A DNA stretch of 64,000 bases from Acidobacteriota bacterium (GCA_016195265.1 JACPZW010000078.1:78-64077), one strand, 5' to 3'. Counted from the first letter of the stretch, positions 18,288 through 29,111 are shown. The notes: generated by a model not told the origin, from the letters alone. Made by a program: numbers and translations.

Positions 18288-18866
18288 ATGAAGACAATGA
18301 AGACGACCTTCCTGCTGATCGCCAGCCTCGTCGCCGTCGCGCCCGCACACGCGCAGGACACCCTCAAGACGACCAACATCCAGCGCTACTACATGCCGGT
18401 GCGCCTGTTCCTGCAGGGCGCCGCGGACGTGATGCCGGCCGAGAAGTACGGCTTCAAGCTGGCGCCCGAACAGATGGATTTCGGCCAGTGGATCAATCAC
18501 TCGACCGAGCGCAATTACCTCGACTGCTCGACGCTGGGGGGCGAGCCGAACCCGATGCCGAAGGCGAAGACCGATCTGCTCAAGAGCAAGGCGGACATCG
18601 TCAAGAACCTGAAGGACTCGTTCGACTATTGCGATGCGACGTTCGCCAAGCTCGACGATGCGAAGATCCTCGCGTCGCCGCAGATGGTGCAGGCATTCCT
18701 GCACACCACTGTTCACAACAACGAGATCTACGGCAACGTCGTCGGCTACCTGCGCGCGAACACGATCACTCCGCCGTCGACGGAGATGGTCCAGGAGATG
18801 ATCAAGCTCAAGAAGACGCCCGAGCAGATGATGAAAGAGATGATGGAGAAGTACAACAAGAAGTAA
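18288..18866 (+). CDS. DinB family protein, secreted
   Basis: AADVMPAEKYGFK, LKDSFDYCD, HNNEIYGNVVGYLR..ITPPS; GGAGG before ATG 18288. Confidence 0.8.
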   Translation: MKTMKTTFLLIASLVAVAPAHAQDTLKTTNIQRYYMPVRLFLQGAADVMPAEKYGFKLAPEQMDFGQWINHSTERNYLDCSTLGGEPNPMPKAKTDLLKSKADIVKNLKDSFDYCDATFAKLDDAKILASPQMVQAFLHTTVHNNEIYGNVVGYLRANTITPPSTEMVQEMIKLKKTPEQMMKEMMEKYNKK

Positions 18867-18875
18867 GCGTGGGTT

Positions 18876-19250
18876 TCATGGCGTCGTGCTCGCGCCGGTG
18901 GCGGGGTCGAAGCCGCAGCGTTCGCGCATGCGCTGCCGGAATCGTTCCCGCTCTTCCGGCGTCATATGCTGCCAGCGCTCGGCCACGCGATCGGCCATGC
19001 GATCGGCTATGCGGCCGCGGACATTCGAGCCACCGGAACGGTGCCATCCATGTCCGCCGAAGAGAATCCGGCACAGCGCCAGCAGTCCAAACGCCTGCCA
19101 GAAGGTGATCTCGCGCCAGCCGATGATCGGCGGCACCAGCCAGTTCCACAGCAGCTTCACGATTTCGCCGCCGATGAAGCCAACGAGCAGGATCCCCAGA
19201 ATCGCCGCCGGCGCCAGGAAGTACCAATGCCGTCTCATGCTCAGTTTCAT
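18876..19250 (-). CDS. small membrane protein downstream of ECF sigma factor
   Basis: TM segments, LWNWLVP..ITFWQAFGLLALCRILFGG, C-terminal MTPEERERFR. Confidence 0.75.
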   Translation of the reverse strand: MKLSMRRHWYFLAPAAILGILLVGFIGGEIVKLLWNWLVPPIIGWREITFWQAFGLLALCRILFGGHGWHRSGGSNVRGRIADRMADRVAERWQHMTPEERERFRQRMRERCGFDPATGASTTP

Positions 19251-19260
19251 GTTCAGGTCC

Positions 19261-19863
19261 TCATGCGTTCGTCAGTTCGTTGTAGATGCTTTGCAATCGC
19301 TTGCGCAGATGCCGCACCGCATAGCGTTTGCGCGAGAGCAGCGTATTCACGTTCACGCCGGTTTCGGCGGCGATCTCCTTGAAGCTGCGCCCGTCCAGCT
19401 CGTGCGCCACGAACACCTCGCGCTGCTCCTTCGGCAGCTCGTCGATTGCCAGCGCGAGTTCATCGAGCAGCACGTTGCGGGCGTACAGCGCCTCCGGTCC
19501 GGCGTCGGGTGACGGCAGCAGGTCTTCCAGCTGCAGCAGCTCATCGTCTTCGTCCGCGACAGCCGTCTCGCTGAAGCGCTCCGGCTTCTTCTTGCGGAAG
19601 AGATCGGCGATGCGATTGCGGGCCACGCGAAACAGCCACCCGGTGACGTGATCGATCGGCATCAGCAGGCGGTTCGCTTCCACCAGCCTGTAGAAGACGT
19701 CCTGCAGAATGTCCTCGGCGTCGCGCGGGTCGGGCACGCGCCGCCGAATGAAGTTGCGCAGGCGGGACTGCTCCCGCCTGACCACTTCGGAGATCCGGCG
19801 GTCCTGTTCGAGTGACATCCGTTCCAGGCGTTCCAGGCGCTCCAGACGTACCGCGTTCTTCAC
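19261..19863 (-). CDS. ECF sigma-70 factor
   Basis: DAEDILQDVF, WLFRVARNRIADLFRK, LPKEQREVF..SFKEIA; start could be ATG 19818. Confidence 0.92.
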   Translation of the reverse strand: MKNAVRLERLERLERMSLEQDRRISEVVRREQSRLRNFIRRRVPDPRDAEDILQDVFYRLVEANRLLMPIDHVTGWLFRVARNRIADLFRKKKPERFSETAVADEDDELLQLEDLLPSPDAGPEALYARNVLLDELALAIDELPKEQREVFVAHELDGRSFKEIAAETGVNVNTLLSRKRYAVRHLRKRLQSIYNELTNA

Positions 19864-19872
19864 CTACGGGTG

Positions 19873-19899
19873 TAGACGAATAGGGGGGGCGGATATTGT
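19873..19899 (-). promoter_or_regulatory. putative ECF-type promoter upstream of the sigma gene
   Basis: minus strand ACAATAT...CGTCTA just 5' of the start; a CGT -10 core is typical of ECF promoters. Confidence 0.4.
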
Positions 19900-19939
19900 A
19901 GGGAGGTCGACTCGTCCCCCCCCAGACGTTCCTGGGACC

Positions 19940-21376
19940 TTAACGTGGCGGAGCGATGCCGGAGCTCCGGGGCTTGGCGTCGACCGGCGGCCCGCCCTTG
20001 TACACGGCACCGTCCTTCACGACCATTTCGACGTGAGAGAGCGCCGTGATGTCAAACAGCGGATTGCCGTTGACGACGATAATGTCGGCGAGCTTGCCGG
20101 GCTCGATCGATCCGAGCTCGCGGCCCTTGCCGATGATCTGCGCGTTGACGCGCGTCGCGGCGGCGATGGCGCGCGTGGGGGTCATGCCCATGTCGACGTG
20201 CACCTTGATCTCCCGCCACAACGCCTCGCTGTGGAAGTTCATCGGCGTGCCGGAGTCCGTGCCCATCCCCATGACGGCGCCGGACTCGATGAACTGCCTG
20301 ACGCCGCGTTCCCGATACAGCATCTCCCGATCCGTCCGCTGGAAGTAGCCGAGCGTCCACCAGTTCTTCAGCGAATCCTGCACCTCGGCATAGATGTCGG
20401 GGCCGAAGGCCCGCTTCAGATCGGGATCCTGCAGACGTTCGGGGAACTCCGCGGTGTCCTGATAGACCCAGGCCCGGTGCGCCGCGGTGACGACGACCGG
20501 GCGCCCGGCGTTGACGATGTCCGTGATGAGCTCCTTGCTGTAAGGCGGCGCCGTGCCCGCCGAGCCGACGTGCTGCAGCACGTCGACGCCAGCCTCGAGC
20601 GCGTGGCGTACGTCGGTCTCGGCGTACACGTGCGCGTACACACGCAAGCGATGCCTGTGCGCGGCGTCGACGATCGCCTTGTAGTCCTCGAGCGTCAAAC
20701 CCGAGTGCGCCTTGATGTGATCGACGCCGGCGGCGGCCAGCTCCTCCACCTTCTGCGCGGCCTCCGCCGACGAAGCAATGTTGAAGCCCCCGAAGCCCAC
20801 TTGCATCGCGCCACCGGCGCCGGGCCCGGAGAGGCGCGCAATCCACGGACCGCTGACGAGAGCGCGGGTGCCGACGACGTCGCCCTTGTTGATCCGATCG
20901 CGAATGCTCAGACTCGGCTTGAGCGGCGCGCCCAAATCGATCGTGGTCGTGACGCCGGCCATCAAAAGCTGCCTGGCCGAGATCTCCATCACCCGCGTCA
21001 GCATCGCATCGCCGCCGTGCGCCGTGATCCAGGGGAACCAGGTCTCGTACGCGCCGTGGCCGAGGACAATCAGATGGCCGTGCGTCTCGATCAGGCCTGG
21101 CAGCATCGCCCGGCCGCTGGTGTCGACGACGGTCGCATCGGCGGGAATCTTGATCTCGGACGCCGGACCCGCCGCGACGATCTTGTTGCCCTCGATGACA
21201 ACGGCCGCGTGGTGAATCGGCGGGACTTCGTAGCCGGTCAGCAGCATGCCTCCGACAAGCGCCAGCCGCTTCGGCGTCTGCGCGCGCGGCGTCAGCGCGC
21301 CCGGCCCCGCGACGATGAAGGTGACGGCCATCACGGCCGGTAACGCTGCGAGCGCGCGATTACAGATCAGCCTCAT
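19940..21376 (-). CDS. amidohydrolase family protein
   Basis: PGLIETHGH, GTDSG, GSIEPGKLADIIVV. Confidence 0.88.
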   Translation of the reverse strand: MRLICNRALAALPAVMAVTFIVAGPGALTPRAQTPKRLALVGGMLLTGYEVPPIHHAAVVIEGNKIVAAGPASEIKIPADATVVDTSGRAMLPGLIETHGHLIVLGHGAYETWFPWITAHGGDAMLTRVMEISARQLLMAGVTTTIDLGAPLKPSLSIRDRINKGDVVGTRALVSGPWIARLSGPGAGGAMQVGFGGFNIASSAEAAQKVEELAAAGVDHIKAHSGLTLEDYKAIVDAAHRHRLRVYAHVYAETDVRHALEAGVDVLQHVGSAGTAPPYSKELITDIVNAGRPVVVTAAHRAWVYQDTAEFPERLQDPDLKRAFGPDIYAEVQDSLKNWWTLGYFQRTDREMLYRERGVRQFIESGAVMGMGTDSGTPMNFHSEALWREIKVHVDMGMTPTRAIAAATRVNAQIIGKGRELGSIEPGKLADIIVVNGNPLFDITALSHVEMVVKDGAVYKGGPPVDAKPRSSGIAPPR

Positions 21377-21412
21377 AAGCCACCTTGTCGAATTGGGGTC
21401 CGCCGGCGGTCG

Positions 21413-23269
21413 TCACGGCAGACCGAACGCCAGCAGCACGTTGCCGCGCACGCCGCCGCCGAGATCCGAATACCCTGATGGAACGAACAGCATGCCGCCG
21501 GCCACGACCGGTCCGGCGGCGTTGATGTTGCCGCCCTTCGCCGGCACGCCGTTGACGGTGTCGAACTCGCGCGCCGTGTCGAATTGCCAGAGCGCCTTGC
21601 CGTCCGTCGTCGAGTACGCGTACACGGTGCCGGCGCTGGATCCGAAAAACACGACGCCAGGAATCACCGTGACCGGAGCGGAGCCGCCTTCGGGCGGAGA
21701 CGCGCGCCACGCCAGTTCGCCGGTCGCCAGCCGCAGAGCGGCCAGGCCGAGGCTCGCGCGCGCGCGGGTCACCGGAAAATACGCCAGGCTGTCGTCGGCG
21801 GCCGAGCCCCACATGATCGAGCCGCCACCACCCTCGAAGCCGAGCCCGAGCTGACGGCTCCAGACCACGGCGCCCCGCTTGTCGGGATCCAGCGCCCACG
21901 CGTGGCCGTCCTTCTGCCCGATCACGATCAGCGTCCGTCCATCCGGCAGAGTGCGCAAGATCGGCGCGTTACCGAAATCCATGTCGGGCCCGAGATCGTC
22001 AGGACACGTTTCCGACTTGTTGTCCGTCGGCACGTTCGGGCGGTACTTCCCTGGACAATCGCGCACGTACGCATCGTTGGCCATCACCTGCTTGGTCCAA
22101 AGCCGCGCGCCGGTGTCGAGGTCGTACGCAATCACGGCGTCCGACGCCTCCGCGGCGGGTTCCGTATACGCGTTACCCGTGGCGACGTAGACGGCGCGCC
22201 GTTTCAAATCAATGGCCGGGGACGACCACACGCCCGCGCCCGCTGGCCCGTACAAGTACATGCCCTTCGCCGTCCGCTTGCGCGGTTGGGCTTCGGTGGG
22301 AATCGTGTACAACTTCCAGAGACGTTTGCCGGTGATCGCATCGTAGGCGGCCACGCCGCCGCGGAACGTACAGCACGGATAGTTGGGATTCCCGGCGCCT
22401 GACTCCTCGAGCGAGGAGAGCGGCACGTATAGCCGGCCCGCGATCAGCTTGGGCGCCCCCGTCACGCGCGCGACCGGGTGGTTGTCCAGCCGGTCTTTCC
22501 ATACCTGCGCCCCGGTTTCGGCGTTGACGGCGTAAACGTTGCCCTTCACGTCGCCGAAGTACGCGAGAAAACGGTTCGCGCCGCGCCCGGGGCCGATCGA
22601 CAGCGCCGTGCGCACGCCGGCATCCGCGCGGAAGGACCAGTGAATGCACCCGCTCGCCGCGTCCAGCGCGTAGACGAAGCCGGTGTCGGCACCCACGAAC
22701 ACGCGACCGCCCGCCACCGTCGGTTGCCCGTACGCCGAGTTGCCGCTGGGGAAACCAAACGCCCACTTCAGCGTCAGCCTCGGCGCGTCGGCCGCCGTCA
22801 GTCCGGGTGACGTTTGAAACCGCGAGTTGGTGCCGTCGAAGCCCCACCCGTTCCACTCCGATCCTTTGCCGACGTCGAACGCCGGATGGAGCGCGCAACG
22901 GTTTTTCATCTGCGCGGCATCGCCCGACGCGGCGGCGCCCATCGGCCGTCCGCCGACGTACACGGCCAAGACGCGCTTTTCATATTCCGTGAGCCCCTGC
23001 GCGTACGGCGCCATCCGTCCCGTCGTGATGCTCGCGAGTACTTCCTCGGGTGTGCGACGGTTCAGCGTGTAGCGGTCCTGCGCGCCGTCCTTGCCCGTAT
23101 CGTGGCAGCCGGCGCAGCGGCCGGTGAAGGCAAAGATTCCGGCGTTGGTGCCCTGCGGATGCGCCATGTCCTCTATTGACGCCGGCGCCTGCGCCCTGAC
23201 AATCAGCGCCGATGCACAGACGACGATCGACACGCCGGCCCGAACGACGCCATCAACTCTAGAACGCAA
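21413..23269 (-). CDS. cytochrome c-PQQ dehydrogenase (polyvinyl alcohol dehydrogenase-like)
   Basis: CAGCH N-terminal haem; LTLKWAFGF, CCTFRG, GAGVWSSP, GPDMDFG. Confidence 0.85.
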   Translation of the reverse strand: MRSRVDGVVRAGVSIVVCASALIVRAQAPASIEDMAHPQGTNAGIFAFTGRCAGCHDTGKDGAQDRYTLNRRTPEEVLASITTGRMAPYAQGLTEYEKRVLAVYVGGRPMGAAASGDAAQMKNRCALHPAFDVGKGSEWNGWGFDGTNSRFQTSPGLTAADAPRLTLKWAFGFPSGNSAYGQPTVAGGRVFVGADTGFVYALDAASGCIHWSFRADAGVRTALSIGPGRGANRFLAYFGDVKGNVYAVNAETGAQVWKDRLDNHPVARVTGAPKLIAGRLYVPLSSLEESGAGNPNYPCCTFRGGVAAYDAITGKRLWKLYTIPTEAQPRKRTAKGMYLYGPAGAGVWSSPAIDLKRRAVYVATGNAYTEPAAEASDAVIAYDLDTGARLWTKQVMANDAYVRDCPGKYRPNVPTDNKSETCPDDLGPDMDFGNAPILRTLPDGRTLIVIGQKDGHAWALDPDKRGAVVWSRQLGLGFEGGGGSIMWGSAADDSLAYFPVTRARASLGLAALRLATGELAWRASPPEGGSAPVTVIPGVVFFGSSAGTVYAYSTTDGKALWQFDTAREFDTVNGVPAKGGNINAAGPVVAGGMLFVPSGYSDLGGGVRGNVLLAFGLP

Positions 23270-26120
23270 AGCGAAGCCCCCACTGGATCTGGCGCGGGTC
23301 TCCCGCCGAGGTGCGCGACAGGAAGGCGGCCGCGTTCATGTTGGCCGAAACGCCGGGGCTGAAGTTGACGTGGTTCGTGAGGTTGTAGCCCTCGATGAAT
23401 AGGTCCACGCGGCGCGTGCCGCCCAGCCGTACCTGACGGGTCAGCCGCAGATCCACCGACAGATACGGATCAAGGTCCAGCATGTCCGGTGTGATCGCGG
23501 TCAGGTTCCTTGATGCCCGGAACGCGTTGATAATCGCGAGTTGCGACGCGACGTCGCCCATGCCGACGGTGATCGGGAGTCCCGCCGGCCGATCGCTCTG
23601 CGTCTGGCCGTCGCCGTCGAGATCGACGCCGGCCTGCACGCCGAAGGGCGATCCGCTCAGCCACCGGACGATGCCGCTGACCTGCAGGTCGTAGGGCAGA
23701 TGCGTGGAACCCGAGACGGTGAGGTTGTGGCGGGTGCCGCCTTCCTGATAGCCGGATTGCTGCGGGGTCCGCATCGTGCCGAAATAGTTCTGGTAATGGT
23801 TGACGCCGTCGCGCGTGCTGAACGCGAGCGTGTAGGACACCTGCAGGCTGTCGGCGCCGCGGACGCGCGTGCGCAGCTGCGTCTCGACCGCGTCATACCA
23901 GCTGCTGGTGTTGTTTTGCATGACCTTGACTTCGCTGAAGTTGGTCACCGGCCGCGGGTTGGCGGCGCTGATGGCGCCGGACGCCGGAAGGTTCAAGTCG
24001 TATGCGCCGAGCTGCTTCAACCCGAGGTCGTGCACGTAATCGACGTCCAGCGACGTGACCTTGTTGAGCTGCCAGCCGAATCCCGCGGTCGCGTTCCATG
24101 AGAACGGCAGCACGTAGCCGTTGTCGATGAGGAACAGGGAGCGCGCTCCGCCCGAGGCGACGTAGTCGGTGAGGCTCTTGCCGCCGAGCACGGCGTTGAT
24201 GTTGGGATAAAACTTCATCAGGTTCGGATCCGTGATCAGCACGGCCGTGCCGAGCGTGCGATCCTGCGTCGTCATCTGGAAGTACTGGCGGTTGCGCGTC
24301 GTGTACTTCCCAAGACCCGCCCGGGCGACGAGGGTGCCTTCGCCACGGACGTCCCACGTGATCCCGAGCCGCGGCTGGAAGTTCGTGTAGTCGTTGCCGC
24401 GGTCGGGCGAGATGAATCTGTTGAGGTTCGGGTACAGGGGGTTCGCCAGCAGCCCGTTGAAGTAGTCGACCAGCCGCAGGTCGGCGTCGAAGTGGTACCG
24501 CAGGCCAAGGTTCAGGCGAACACGATCGGCGACGCGCCACGTATCCTCGACGAACGCGTTCGATGATTTCGAGTTGAACGTCCAGTGCCCGGGCGTCTGC
24601 ATCGTGAACGAGATGGGATACGTTTTCGAGTTGTTGACGTCGAAGGGCAGGTCGGTCGTGAACTGGAAGTACCCGGCCTGAAAGAAATGCGCGTCGTATT
24701 CGTGATGGGCGTACTCGAAGTCACCGCCGAACTTGAGATCGTGGTTCGGAGTATTGATGTAGAACGTATCGAACAGCTGATAGCGATTGCGCGGAAAGTC
24801 CTGCGGCACCGTCGTGTCCTGTCCGAAGCTCGCCGACGGTCGCGCGATGCTGAGGTCGTAGCTGTGCGGGACGGTGCCCAGGTCGTGATTCATGAACTGG
24901 AACCGGATGCTGTTCACGCGCGTGTGCGACAGCACGGCGTCGTCCTCGACGATGACGCTGTGCATGTGACTGTAGTCGTCGTCCTGACGCGAATCCGAGG
25001 ACACGTTCGCCGTTCGCGTCGCGTACTGATCGTCGTGCGCCCAGCGGACAAACAGCGAGTTGTGGTCGTTGACCTGGTGGTCGACCTTTGTCGTCGCCAC
25101 CCAATTGCGCGACCCGGACGGGAACTGGCCGTTGTTGGTCGCGGCGAACGGATTCGTCGCCGGCAGCGCGATGATCTTCACGGTGCTCAGATCGTTGTGC
25201 TCGTAGGACCCGAAGAAATGCGTCCGGTTGGCCGCGATCGGCCCTCCAATGGTCCCGCCGACACGCGTCTGGCTGAATGGCGGCTTATCGGAGCCGGTCG
25301 CGAAGTAGTTCGGCGCGTTCAGCGCCTTGTCGCGACCGAAATAGGAGCCCGTGCCGCTGAACTGGTTCCCGCCAGACTTGGTCACGACCGAGACCACCGC
25401 CGCGAGCGCGGAGCCGTACTCGGCGTCGAATTGGTTGCGGAACACCTTGAATTCCTGGACGGCATCCTGCGGGATGTTGATCGTCGGATTGCCCCAGATC
25501 GCATCGTCGATGTCGCCGCCGTCGATGATCGTCGTGTACCCGTTGCGCTGATCGGCCGGCCCGCCGAATTGAATGATGGCGAACTTCTGGCCGAGGTTGT
25601 TCGGCGTCGTGCTCGGCAGCAACTGGGCCAGCGTGAGAAAGTTGCGCTGAAGCACCGGCAACGCCGCCACCTGATCGGCCACCACGACCGATGAGGGCTG
25701 CGACTTGGCCACCTCGACGAGCGGCGTCTGCGCGACCACGGTCAGGCTCTCCGCCAGCGCCGAGATGCCGAGCTTCATGTCGATCTGGAGATCCGAGCCG
25801 ATCGTCAGCACGATGTCGCGTTTCTGAGCGGCGAAACCCGACAGCTCGACCGCAATTGTGTAGGGGGCCGGCGGAAGCGCGACGGCGCGGTAGTTGCCGC
25901 GCTCGCCCGTCGTCAACACCTGACTCGTGCCGTTGGCTTTGTTCGTCACCGTCACGGTCGCGCCGGGCAGCGCGCCACCGCTGTCATCGGTCACGGTTCC
26001 ACCGATGCTGCCGCCCACCACCTGCGCGGCGCCGGCCCGCGGCGCCAGCATCACCAGCAGGAGGAAGGTCGCCGTCCACGCTCCAATTACGCTCAAGGAC
26101 CAGTGCCGCTGCGCTTTCAT
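23259..26120 (-). CDS. TonB-dependent receptor with carboxypeptidase-regulatory N-terminal domain
   Basis: GTVTDDSGGALPGATV, DAVQEFKV, LNLGLRY, C-terminal PRQIQWGLRFAF. Confidence 0.9.
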   Translation of the reverse strand: MKAQRHWSLSVIGAWTATFLLLVMLAPRAGAAQVVGGSIGGTVTDDSGGALPGATVTVTNKANGTSQVLTTGERGNYRAVALPPAPYTIAVELSGFAAQKRDIVLTIGSDLQIDMKLGISALAESLTVVAQTPLVEVAKSQPSSVVVADQVAALPVLQRNFLTLAQLLPSTTPNNLGQKFAIIQFGGPADQRNGYTTIIDGGDIDDAIWGNPTINIPQDAVQEFKVFRNQFDAEYGSALAAVVSVVTKSGGNQFSGTGSYFGRDKALNAPNYFATGSDKPPFSQTRVGGTIGGPIAANRTHFFGSYEHNDLSTVKIIALPATNPFAATNNGQFPSGSRNWVATTKVDHQVNDHNSLFVRWAHDDQYATRTANVSSDSRQDDDYSHMHSVIVEDDAVLSHTRVNSIRFQFMNHDLGTVPHSYDLSIARPSASFGQDTTVPQDFPRNRYQLFDTFYINTPNHDLKFGGDFEYAHHEYDAHFFQAGYFQFTTDLPFDVNNSKTYPISFTMQTPGHWTFNSKSSNAFVEDTWRVADRVRLNLGLRYHFDADLRLVDYFNGLLANPLYPNLNRFISPDRGNDYTNFQPRLGITWDVRGEGTLVARAGLGKYTTRNRQYFQMTTQDRTLGTAVLITDPNLMKFYPNINAVLGGKSLTDYVASGGARSLFLIDNGYVLPFSWNATAGFGWQLNKVTSLDVDYVHDLGLKQLGAYDLNLPASGAISAANPRPVTNFSEVKVMQNNTSSWYDAVETQLRTRVRGADSLQVSYTLAFSTRDGVNHYQNYFGTMRTPQQSGYQEGGTRHNLTVSGSTHLPYDLQVSGIVRWLSGSPFGVQAGVDLDGDGQTQSDRPAGLPITVGMGDVASQLAIINAFRASRNLTAITPDMLDLDPYLSVDLRLTRQVRLGGTRRVDLFIEGYNLTNHVNFSPGVSANMNAAAFLSRTSAGDPRQIQWGLRFAF

Positions 26121-26253
26121 GACAACCTTCTCCCGTGAATGGTCGCGTTTTCTTTCTGGTGTGGCTCAGGGCTTCGTACGATCGCCAGAATGCTACATCC
26201 GGACACGCTGATGGCGCCGACCTTTTGTCGGTTCGGCCGCGCGTCCACGAGGT

Positions 26254-27621
26254 CTATTCCGTGCGGAGCGCGTCGATCGGATTCAGGCGGGACGCCCGCT
26301 GCGCGGGATAGAACCCGAAGAAGATGCCGACGGCGCCGGCCGTGCCGAACGCCAGCAGCACGGCTGACGCCGAAAACGCCGTCGGCCACTCGAGCAAACG
26401 CGTGAGGACGGCGGACGCCGCGAACCCCAGCACGATCCCGAGCACGCCTCCGGCGGCGCTCAGCGCGACGGCCTCGACCAGAAACTGCAAACGGACGTCC
26501 CGCGCCCGCGCGCCGACGGCACGGCGCAGGCCAATCTCGCGGGTCCGCTCGGTCACCGAGACCAGCATGATGTTCATGATGCCGATGCCGCCGACGATCA
26601 GTGAGATTGCCGCAATGCCCGCGAGCAGCGCCGTCATCGTCGTGCCGGCCTGCTGGAGCGTGCTCGCCATCTCGCCCATGTTCACTTCATCGAGCTTCGG
26701 CATGTTGGCGAGGATGAACGCCGCCACCGAGGTGTACAGCCCCTTCGTCAGCGCCTCGGCGGCCTGCGACTTCACGGTGAAATCATCCGGCGTCAGTCCC
26801 GTTCCGCCGTTCGGCATCTGATTGCCGCCGAGTGCGCTCGACCGGAGCCTGGCGACGGCCGCATCGGTGTGCGGCTTGTGCCGGTCGCGCAGCAGCGCCG
26901 TGATGTCGCCGACGAGCCGCGTCGCGTCACCCGCCTGCTCGGCCGCGATCGTGATCGTGTGGAGGTACGCGATACCCAGCAGATCCTGCAGCGCGGTGTA
27001 CGGCACCACCGCCATCTCGATCTGATCCTCGTCCTGCGAGTTCGAGACACCGACGACCTTGAACGCGCGATCGCGAATCCGGATCTCGCGGCCGACCGGA
27101 TTGACGCCGTCGCCGAACAGCCGGTCGCGCACGGTCTGACCGAGCACGGCCACCGCCTCGCGGCCGCCGACCTGTTTCGCCGGGAAAAACCGCCCGCGCT
27201 CGAAGGACCAGCCGTAGATCGCCGGCCACGCGACGTCAGTCCCAATCACCTGCCCGTAGGACCGGCGATCGCCGGCGGTCATCCATCCGCGAAACCTCAC
27301 GCCGGGCGCGGAATACTTGATGCCCGGCACCGCGCGCGCGATCGCGTCCGCGTCGGCAGTCGTCAGCGTCGTCGCCGATCCGAGGCCCGTGGCGATCTTC
27401 GATTCTTCCCCGCCGCGCGTGAAGTTGCCCGCGTTGACGTGGACGAGATTCGTGCCGGCCGACTGGACGTTGTCGTGGACGCTCTGGCCCGCCCCGTTGC
27501 CCAACGCGACCATCGTGACGACGGCGCCGACGCCGATGATGAGGCCGAGCATCGTGAGCCCGGTCCGCAGCGGGTTGCGGCCGAACGCGCGCAGTGCCAC
27601 GCGCAGGCTGACCAGGATCAT
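26254..27621 (-). CDS. MacB/FtsX-type ABC transporter permease
   Basis: LTMLGLIIGV, GGIGIMNIMLVSVTERTREIGLRRAVGA, LNPIDALR; ATGA overlap at 27618-27621. Confidence 0.92.
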   Translation of the reverse strand: MILVSLRVALRAFGRNPLRTGLTMLGLIIGVGAVVTMVALGNGAGQSVHDNVQSAGTNLVHVNAGNFTRGGEESKIATGLGSATTLTTADADAIARAVPGIKYSAPGVRFRGWMTAGDRRSYGQVIGTDVAWPAIYGWSFERGRFFPAKQVGGREAVAVLGQTVRDRLFGDGVNPVGREIRIRDRAFKVVGVSNSQDEDQIEMAVVPYTALQDLLGIAYLHTITIAAEQAGDATRLVGDITALLRDRHKPHTDAAVARLRSSALGGNQMPNGGTGLTPDDFTVKSQAAEALTKGLYTSVAAFILANMPKLDEVNMGEMASTLQQAGTTMTALLAGIAAISLIVGGIGIMNIMLVSVTERTREIGLRRAVGARARDVRLQFLVEAVALSAAGGVLGIVLGFAASAVLTRLLEWPTAFSASAVLLAFGTAGAVGIFFGFYPAQRASRLNPIDALRTE

Positions 27622-29111
27622 TCGAAACGCAGCGAGTCGATAGGGTGCAGGCGTGCCGCCTGGCGGGCGGGATACCAGCCGAAGAACACGCCGACCAGCG
27701 CGGCAATGCCGAACGACACCAGTACCGCCCACGGTGACACGCTCGTGGACCAGTGCAGCGTGCGCGAAATCGCCAGCGCCGCGGCGAACCCCACGACGAT
27801 CCCGACGCCGCCGCCTGCGAGGCCGAGCGTCACGGCCTCAACGAGAAACTGCCGCAGGACGTCGCGCGCCCGCGCGCCGACGGCGCGCCGGATCCCGATC
27901 TCGCGCGTCCGCTCGGTCACCGACAACAGCATGATGTTCATGATGCCGATGCCGCCGACGAGCAGCGAGACGGCGGCCGTCGCCGCGAGCAGCGCCGTCA
28001 TCGTGCGGCTCGCGCGGTCCAGCGTCTTGCCCAGCTGCTCGAGCGTGACTTTCTCCAGACCCGCCACGTTGCCGACGACGGCGCGCGCGACTTCAGGGCG
28101 CAGGCCGCCTTTCGCCAGCGCCTGCCGCGCCTGTGTGGCCACCGTGAAATCGTCAGGCGCCTTCGGACCGATCTGATGCCGCGCGCGCAGCACGTCCGTC
28201 ACGTCCTTCGCCACGCGCGTGACGTCACCCGTCGACGCGGATGTGATCGTGATGTCGTTCAGCTTCGAAAGGTTGAGCAGCGCGTGCACGGTCGTGTAGG
28301 GCACGTACACGGCGTCGAACTGATCGTCGCCCTTCGCGGCGGCGACCATCCAGCTGGTGTTGCCGATCACGCCGACGACACGAAACGGCTGCTTCCAGAT
28401 GGCCACGTCGCGGCCGACCGGATCCTCGTCGCCGAACAGGGTATTCGCCGCCACGCTGCCCAGCACGACCACTTGCGCCCTCGTGCGCTGTTCACGCGCG
28501 GAGAAAAACCGGCCCGACCGCATTGTCCACGCGCGGCGGATCGACGGCAGCTCGACGTCGGTGCCGTGCAGGCGCGTGAACCATCGCTTGGCGCCGAAGA
28601 CGACGTGCGCGTTCTGGTGGAGGCCCTCGGCGACGTACTGCACGCCGCGAATCCGGCGGATCGCGTCCGCGTCCGCGGCGCTCAGCGTCGCCGCCGACCC
28701 CAGGCCGGCTTCCGTGTCGCCCAGGCGCTGGCTCGCCGTCGGATGATTGTGCTTTTCCATCGGGTCGTCTTCGGGATGCCCGATGAGCCGGAACGTCGGC
28801 GCGCGATCCGGGTACCAGAGCGCCGGCGCCGGGCGCACGGACGAGCGGTCCGGCGCGAACGCCGCCTGATGGTCGACGACGCCCAGATCGTCTTCGGTCT
28901 TCACCTTGTAGTTGCCCGCCGTGACGACGATCAGGTTCATACCCGCGGCGCGGACCTGCTGATCGATCGCGGCTTCCGCGCCGGTCCCAAGCGCAATCAT
29001 CGCCAGGACAGCCGCAACGCCGATCGTCATTCCCACCATCGTCAACGCGGTCTGCAGGCGATTGCGGCCCAGCGCCTTCAGCGCGATCGACATGCTGACC
29101 GGCATCGTCAT
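27618..29111 (-). CDS. MacB/FtsX-type ABC transporter permease
   Basis: GGIGIMNIMLLSVTERTREIGIRRAVGA; periplasmic insertion near the N-terminus. Confidence 0.92.
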   Translation of the reverse strand: MTMPVSMSIALKALGRNRLQTALTMVGMTIGVAAVLAMIALGTGAEAAIDQQVRAAGMNLIVVTAGNYKVKTEDDLGVVDHQAAFAPDRSSVRPAPALWYPDRAPTFRLIGHPEDDPMEKHNHPTASQRLGDTEAGLGSAATLSAADADAIRRIRGVQYVAEGLHQNAHVVFGAKRWFTRLHGTDVELPSIRRAWTMRSGRFFSAREQRTRAQVVVLGSVAANTLFGDEDPVGRDVAIWKQPFRVVGVIGNTSWMVAAAKGDDQFDAVYVPYTTVHALLNLSKLNDITITSASTGDVTRVAKDVTDVLRARHQIGPKAPDDFTVATQARQALAKGGLRPEVARAVVGNVAGLEKVTLEQLGKTLDRASRTMTALLAATAAVSLLVGGIGIMNIMLLSVTERTREIGIRRAVGARARDVLRQFLVEAVTLGLAGGGVGIVVGFAAALAISRTLHWSTSVSPWAVLVSFGIAALVGVFFGWYPARQAARLHPIDSLRFE

